Below are positions 59,009 to 64,000 of a DNA stretch of 64,000 nt, in pieces. Each line of letters begins with the position of its first letter. The stretch's first letter is position 1. The notes under the pieces are model-generated. The model did no database searches, was not told the origin of the DNA, and saw nothing but the letters and a program-made list of their open reading frames with translations. This DNA is from a virus. The stretch spans positions 1-64,000 of IMG/VR virus record IMGVR_UViG_3300027759_000067. One strand, 5' to 3'. Position numbers and translations under genes: made by a program.

Positions 59009-59749
59009 GTGTGTATTATAGCGTGGTTTTACCATTCTGTCAACCCCATAATGCCTTAAGGGTTATTTGTTGTCTTTTCACCACATTGCCGGCACTCCAC
59101 GCCAGGTTAACATAACGCCAAAAGAAAACCTGATACCCTACTCGGATACCAGGTCTCTTAGTCAGCATACTTAGCAAGTCTCTAGCACACTGCCCGTTCA
59201 GCTTGTTCCAGTATACACTTGTTATACGAGCCTTTACCACCGGAAGTCGTGGTCACTGATTCGACTCAAATAGCGTACAATCTATGACTGTACTCAATAT
59301 AACCATATAAACTGCTTGGCTTCCGGTCCGTTGAGTTTATATCTTATATCTATCTCCAAGTCTACGGTTTCGATATACATTAGACATTGTGGAATTCACT
59401 GTCTACAACAGTTAAGTCTAGTGTATAGTATAACATACTTATAAGGTTTGGACAACACAGTGTAGATCTCGTGTAGTCTATACACAACATTGACAATATA
59501 TAGTGTATAAACTGATGCTAGAATGGAGACCAAACAGGCTCAGAATCGTGGATTTACGGTGGAGAAATGGTCAAAAATCCCAGAAATCCCACCGTTTTGG
59601 CTCAATTTTCACAGTAAATCTACAGTAGATCTATAGTGATTTTAGATTTCTGCATGGTGGGGATGAGAGGCTATCGTACAATACTCCCACCATAGACCAA
59701 AGAAAATCACAGTATAGATCGTTTATTCTTTGGTCTTCCCAGGCCGTTG

Positions 59750-59903
59750 CAGCGGGGTATTTGTGTAGGTGTATACAGCGGGGTATTAGGATGTATATAG
59801 TCTAATGTTAGTATGTATAGATCATGCTGTCACACGCTGTCACTACTACATTCGGCAAGTGTATACAGCGGGGTATTAGTGTGTAAGTGTATAGTGGGGT
59901 ATT
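59750..59903 (+). repeat. Four copies of CAGCGGGGTATT-like motif in a non-coding region
   Basis: Copies at 59750, 59776 and 59866, plus degenerate TAGTGGGGTATT at 59892. Confidence 0.75.
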
Positions 59904-60113
59904 GATCACCAATTCATTTTATCGCATACATAAGCAGTTGCAAGTATAATCAATGGTGCGCCAATAATAGATAGTAGTTCTAACATAGTATATTCTCCTT
60001 TTTTGTTATATAAGTATTTAATATTGTTATTAAAAAAATATCTGCTGCAGATGCTAGTGCATTATGTCAGGGTATGGTAAATATTGATTATAAACTTATA
60101 TAGAAGCAACACA

Positions 60114-60932
60114 ATGGCATTACCATCATTTCCAGGGCCGATAAGCCTAAGTCAACTACAAACTGAGTTTGGAGGTACTAATCCCATAAGACTAGGTGGA
60201 GAGTATCATGCAGGGCAAGGGTTAGTAGCACCTGGGCTCAGTGGATACCCTATTGTTGATGGTGTTAGTACAAAAACATTAATACCCAGTGGCACCACAA
60301 GCAGGATCAGTTTAGGTAATTTCTTTGGAGGGGACGTCACAGAGTTTTATTTTGTAGCAGATTATATAATATTAACCTATTATTTTGCCACTGGATTAGA
60401 TTTAGACACACGTACACGTATGACCAGTCCGTATTCTGCAGGCACATATGTAGGGTGGGGGCAAAGTGGAAGTGGACAAACTCGAGCTGAAGATCTCGCA
60501 TATCCAGAATACAGTCAAGATCTACCCAATGGAGCAATAGCCTTACTATGGGCAGGGGATAACACAAATACAGGGTTAGAATCAGTTCAAATCAACGTAG
60601 CAAATATTCGTTCGTACTATGGTAACACCACCATAAGTCTTGATCTAAGGGCACAATGGTATATGACAGTAGGAACCACGCCGGTAAAAATACAAGCTGA
60701 CCTGTACAAAGGTGGAACCATGGTATATTCCAGTGGGAACTTCACCTGGACCAACCCCACTGCTACCAGCAGTTTATTAGACATTGCTTCGGGAGAAGTT
60801 GCTGCCAGTATCATCAGAGGGCCCACATTTGGTGGCGATCCGGATAATGGGTTCAGTGAGATTGGTACTAGTGTAGCTGTTATGACCTACAACACATTAT
60901 CCGGAGTAGGCCGCTTTGACATGACGGGTTAA
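60114..60932 (+). CDS. Virion/fibre-associated protein
   Basis: 'MALPSFPGPISLSQLQTEFGG.NPI.L..Y', 'ISLGNFFG'; TAAATA box upstream. Confidence 0.65.
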   Translation: MALPSFPGPISLSQLQTEFGGTNPIRLGGEYHAGQGLVAPGLSGYPIVDGVSTKTLIPSGTTSRISLGNFFGGDVTEFYFVADYIILTYYFATGLDLDTRTRMTSPYSAGTYVGWGQSGSGQTRAEDLAYPEYSQDLPNGAIALLWAGDNTNTGLESVQINVANIRSYYGNTTISLDLRAQWYMTVGTTPVKIQADLYKGGTMVYSSGNFTWTNPTATSSLLDIASGEVAASIIRGPTFGGDPDNGFSEIGTSVAVMTYNTLSGVGRFDMTG

Positions 60933-61588
60933 GTAATCAACCAGTGATTAATACTAGGTTTAATTTTAGGTCTACGACTGGACATTATAGCTTCTCTAGT
61001 CCACAGATACATATAGCGTTCAGCGTGTCCGGGAATCCAATCACTGATGTTATATAAGTAGTTCTGTTCAAGATTAACAGGGTTATTAAACAAGTTCAGT
61101 TGTCTATAGTCGCCGGAAGTAATAATGTTATTATCAGCGTAGGTATGTGAAGTAAGCAAGAGATATTTTATATTACTTTTAAGGAAGTTATCAAAGAAGT
61201 GATTGATATCCTCAAAGCTAAGATGCATCAAGCAATCTCTACATATCATAAGATCAGCAATGGGTAGTGGATCTTTAGTTATATCCAGTTGACTCCAGGT
61301 ATGTTCTGGGAATTTAGTTTTTAGGTCATTGATCAGAGGTTCGACTATGTCAGCGCCGTGATATTTGTAGTTGTTCAGTTGTGCCAATACTAATGGCATC
61401 CAATTAAAGTCTCCGCAGGCAGCGTCCAAGATAGTGTATATATTCAGTTCTTTGATGATATTAGGTAGTTCTTTAACTAGATTTTCTGTATAGAGTAGGC
61501 TACTGCCCGGACCGCTGTAGGTATTTGGATCTGAGTCTTTATTAGTCCAGAACTGTGTTTGATATATGTTGGTAAAGTGTTCTTGCAT
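60929..61588 (-). CDS. Class I SAM-dependent methyltransferase
   Basis: 'SGPGS', 'ILDAACGD', 'GADIV', 'DLMICRDCLMHL'. Confidence 0.85.
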   Translation of the reverse strand: MQEHFTNIYQTQFWTNKDSDPNTYSGPGSSLLYTENLVKELPNIIKELNIYTILDAACGDFNWMPLVLAQLNNYKYHGADIVEPLINDLKTKFPEHTWSQLDITKDPLPIADLMICRDCLMHLSFEDINHFFDNFLKSNIKYLLLTSHTYADNNIITSGDYRQLNLFNNPVNLEQNYLYNISDWIPGHAERYMYLWTREAIMSSRRPKIKPSINHWLIT

Positions 61589-61676
61589 ACTGATATTTAT
61601 TATACTAGTATATAACGGACATCAAATATTAATCAGTGTAGTGTGGTAAATACTGTTTAATCAGCAGAAATAAAGC

Positions 61677-62060
61677 ATGGCAACACTAACAGCAGCATTA
61701 ACGGGACTCACATATTCCAATAGTGGTTATACACAAACCACAACAGCTTGGATATACAGGAATCAGACCTGGACCAATGTCACGGCTAGTAGGGCGTTCG
61801 CCACACAATACACCAATAGTTTAACCTACCCTATAGAAGTAAGGGTTAGTGTTTATCAAGGGGCAGTAGCATCGTCGGCCAATCTAGTACAGTGTATTAT
61901 TAATAACACCCAGTACGTGGTGCAGTCGCAATTTTTTGGATTATCGTCATTGGCCTATGAAAGTCTAACGTTTCATGTACCGCCCAGTTCCATATATCAA
62001 GTAAATGTATTTGGTACACAGGGTAATCCCACATTAACCTCTTGGTGGGAGTTAAGATAG
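61677..62060 (+). CDS. Stand-alone fibre-tip-like protein (paralogue 1)
   Basis: 'QTWTNVTASRA....YTN....PI.V.V', 'F.VPP...Y.V', 'W.ELR'. Confidence 0.65.
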   Translation: MATLTAALTGLTYSNSGYTQTTTAWIYRNQTWTNVTASRAFATQYTNSLTYPIEVRVSVYQGAVASSANLVQCIINNTQYVVQSQFFGLSSLAYESLTFHVPPSSIYQVNVFGTQGNPTLTSWWELR

Positions 62061-62061
62061 T

Positions 62062-62454
62062 ATGGCAGCAACCACATTCGGCAATGGTATAGTAACTTTT
62101 CCAGATGCCACAGTTCAAAGCACAGCAGGGGTTGAGTTTGGCAATTTTCTTCAATGCATACCCGAAGTTACCAATACAGCCATCAACACCACATATACCA
62201 ATAGTACAGGAAAATCGCAGTATTGGTTTGTCCGTGTTACCAATTCTTATAGTGGACTTGGAGCATTGACCGCTAATTTCATAGTAAATGGTAATACCAT
62301 ATCCAGTAACACCATTATCTACAATGTCAGTGGGTTTTTCACTTGGGTAGGGGGATTGGTCAAGAATGGGGAAACATATCAAGTTCAGGCCAGTGAATAT
62401 CTTGCTCGTGGCACACCCACTGCCACGTGGTTGAAATATGTTTCGGAAAATTAA
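62062..62454 (+). CDS. Stand-alone fibre-tip-like protein (paralogue 2)
   Basis: 'TFPDATVQST', 'TTYTNSTGK', 'V.NG.TYQV'. Confidence 0.6.
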   Translation: MAATTFGNGIVTFPDATVQSTAGVEFGNFLQCIPEVTNTAINTTYTNSTGKSQYWFVRVTNSYSGLGALTANFIVNGNTISSNTIIYNVSGFFTWVGGLVKNGETYQVQASEYLARGTPTATWLKYVSEN

Positions 62455-62456
62455 CT

Positions 62457-62837
62457 ATGGCACAAGTAACACTAGGCGCAAGCACGTTAAAGTATGGAGA
62501 TAATACTCTACAAACATATCCACCATGGAAAAAGAGTATGGCCTGGACTGATTTATCGGGCAGTAGGGTTCTAGGTACATATTATACTGTACCAGCCACC
62601 ACCCCTGTTCGATGGGTATCAGTAGTAGCTGTGACCTCCAATCCCGGCGCAAACAATTTGACCATAGCCGCCTATATAGGCACAGGTGTTCTAACTCAGT
62701 ATAGAATTTCTTATAGTGCCAACAATGGTTATGGTAATGGTGTATATTTTTCAGTACCCCCGGGTCTGCCCTATACTGTCACTGCTTCGGAACTTGCTGG
62801 ATATACGCCCAGTATTTACTGGTATGAAATGTCATAA
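62457..62837 (+). CDS. Stand-alone fibre-tip-like protein (paralogue 3)
   Basis: 'WTDLSGSR..GT.YT', 'FSVPPG..Y.V', 'WYEMS'. Confidence 0.6.
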   Translation: MAQVTLGASTLKYGDNTLQTYPPWKKSMAWTDLSGSRVLGTYYTVPATTPVRWVSVVAVTSNPGANNLTIAAYIGTGVLTQYRISYSANNGYGNGVYFSVPPGLPYTVTASELAGYTPSIYWYEMS

Positions 62838-62848
62838 ATATACACATT

Positions 62849-63142
62849 ATGAAACACTTTTTAAACCCTGTTACACAAGACATCTATGCCTACGAAGCTG
62901 ATGGTAGTCAAGATTCGATTATACCCAAAGATTACATCCCCTTAACAGATGCAGAAGTTGCAGCACATCGTGAGCAGCGTAGACAAGCTCATTTAGCCAC
63001 TATAACCTATGATCAATGGCGTAGAAGTTCATATCCTCCAATGGAAGACTATTTAGATGCTATAGTCAAGGGTGATCAAGCACTAATACAAAAGTATATT
63101 GATGCTTGTCTAGCTGTTAAAGCCCGATATCCCAAGCCTTAA
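62849..63142 (+). CDS. Tail fibre assembly chaperone-like protein
   Basis: 'IYAYEADGSQD', 'R..SYPP....LDAI....VKARYPKP'. Confidence 0.6.
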   Translation: MKHFLNPVTQDIYAYEADGSQDSIIPKDYIPLTDAEVAAHREQRRQAHLATITYDQWRRSSYPPMEDYLDAIVKGDQALIQKYIDACLAVKARYPKP

Positions 63143-63897
63143 TTTGGTACGCCGATACTTCGAGCTGCTGGGTTAAGATTTGGGTTAGTCAACCATGTCC
63201 AATGATTAGCCTGTACAGGCGTTAGTCCAATATGGCTACGTGGAATAAAATAGTTGTCATCCCCAATACTCATTTGATCCACTATATTAGAAAACACAGA
63301 ATCCACCAATACCAAACTTTGGGCACGTTCTAAGATCATTAGCCAATCAAAGATGTTATCTGTTTTATCAGGTGTAATCTCAATAGTTTGCCAACCTTCG
63401 GGCACCATACTAGGGTCCCAACCTGCACGATGGTCTGACCCTTCTAGATGTACAACAACATAGTTAGGGTTGGTGACTAAACGATCGTACAATGCTTGTT
63501 CTCTAGCAGGGTTACGTGTAATACATCGGGCCAATTGCCATTTTTCAATAAAAGGAACACCTGTACGTAGGTATTTGTATTGATCAAACTTAGTATGTTG
63601 GAAGTATACTTCGTTATGGAAGTCCTGTCCAGTTAATGCTTGATATAGTGGAATGATCTCATCGCATTTAAAGTTCTTCAAACGTTTTAGTGGTTCTTCG
63701 TAGAAGAATGGACCCTGATCTGGAGCAACTGGTATCCATTTAATCCAAGGGCAAGCAGCAGTCATTTGATCAACCCAAGAGTCAATGATAGGCCAGTATA
63801 CTTCCCAACCTTCTCGATGATAATGATGTGCAATAGGTATGGAGATGATTATATCTCCGAGTCCTCTAGTTTGTATAAGTCCAAGCTTCTTAGCCAT
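63139..63897 (-). CDS. Glycosyltransferase (GT9/heptosyltransferase-like, GT-B)
   Basis: 'RGLGDIII..PIA', 'YVVVH', 'ILERA..LVLVDS'. Confidence 0.7.
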   Translation of the reverse strand: MAKKLGLIQTRGLGDIIISIPIAHHYHREGWEVYWPIIDSWVDQMTAACPWIKWIPVAPDQGPFFYEEPLKRLKNFKCDEIIPLYQALTGQDFHNEVYFQHTKFDQYKYLRTGVPFIEKWQLARCITRNPAREQALYDRLVTNPNYVVVHLEGSDHRAGWDPSMVPEGWQTIEITPDKTDNIFDWLMILERAQSLVLVDSVFSNIVDQMSIGDDNYFIPRSHIGLTPVQANHWTWLTNPNLNPAARSIGVPN

Positions 63898-64000
63898 TTA
63901 AAAGTATTCTCCATTAGGGTGATCAGGGAAGTAGCATTCATTGCGTTCTAGTGGCATATCGTCTCTAGCTTCACAGGCAAAGTTAACGCCTAGACCAATA

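Larger units (their letters stand above)
48772..59043 (-). promoter_or_regulatory. Array of 23 near-consensus sigma70 early promoters (TTGACN-17 bp-TATAAT), many with the leader ACTTACACACTAAGGAGC
   Basis: -10 boxes start (plus coordinates) at 48772, 49158, 49483, 49851, 50365, 50947, 51270, 51846, 52126, 52534, 53037, 53334, 53815 (variant TAATAT), 54683, 55615, 55874, 56222, 56770, 57112, 58064, 58361, 58644 and 59015. Each has a -35 exactly 17 bp away. Confidence 0.92.

Noticed and set aside
48745-59043. Repeated ctccttagtgtgtaag motif as a CRISPR array
   Set aside because: Spacing is hundreds of bp and irregular, the intervals are ORFs, the repeat is a promoter/RBS, and no cas genes are present.
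61677-62837. Diversity-generating retroelement acting on fibre tips
   Set aside because: No reverse transcriptase and no near-identical TR/VR pair in the window.
1-64000. Stop-codon reassignment
   Set aside because: Core genes are intact under code 11, and TAA, TAG and TGA all end genes.
1-64000. tRNA genes
   Set aside because: No cloverleaf with a T-loop GTTCRA and acceptor stem was recognised by eye; tRNAscan-SE would be needed to exclude them.

Overview
This is a 64-kb segment of a large T4-like (jumbo-type) myophage genome using the standard genetic code. Positions 1-44.9 kb form an AT-rich core. It holds tail-fibre and collagen-like fibre genes, a glycosyl/methyltransferase cluster, neck, sheath, tube and head-completion genes, and terminase. 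It also holds a replication/recombination block (gp32, UvsX, UvsY, UvsW, primase, helicase, dCMP deaminase and a miniature DnaE-like polymerase). The large terminase gene is fractured by a free-standing HNH gene and rejoined by an atypically split intein. A GIY-YIG gene appears to have taken the start codon of the gp15-like gene. Positions 47.3-59.0 kb are a more GC-rich, minus-strand early region of about 36 mostly small ORFs driven by 23 near-consensus sigma70 promoters with a shared leader/RBS. Inside it lie an ~875-nt island whose template strand has no GA or GG dinucleotide and a ~210-nt structured RNA candidate. Positions 59.2-60.1 kb are non-coding with short repeats, followed by more fibre-tip and glycosylation genes. 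Family assignments come from motif recognition by eye; no database searches were run.
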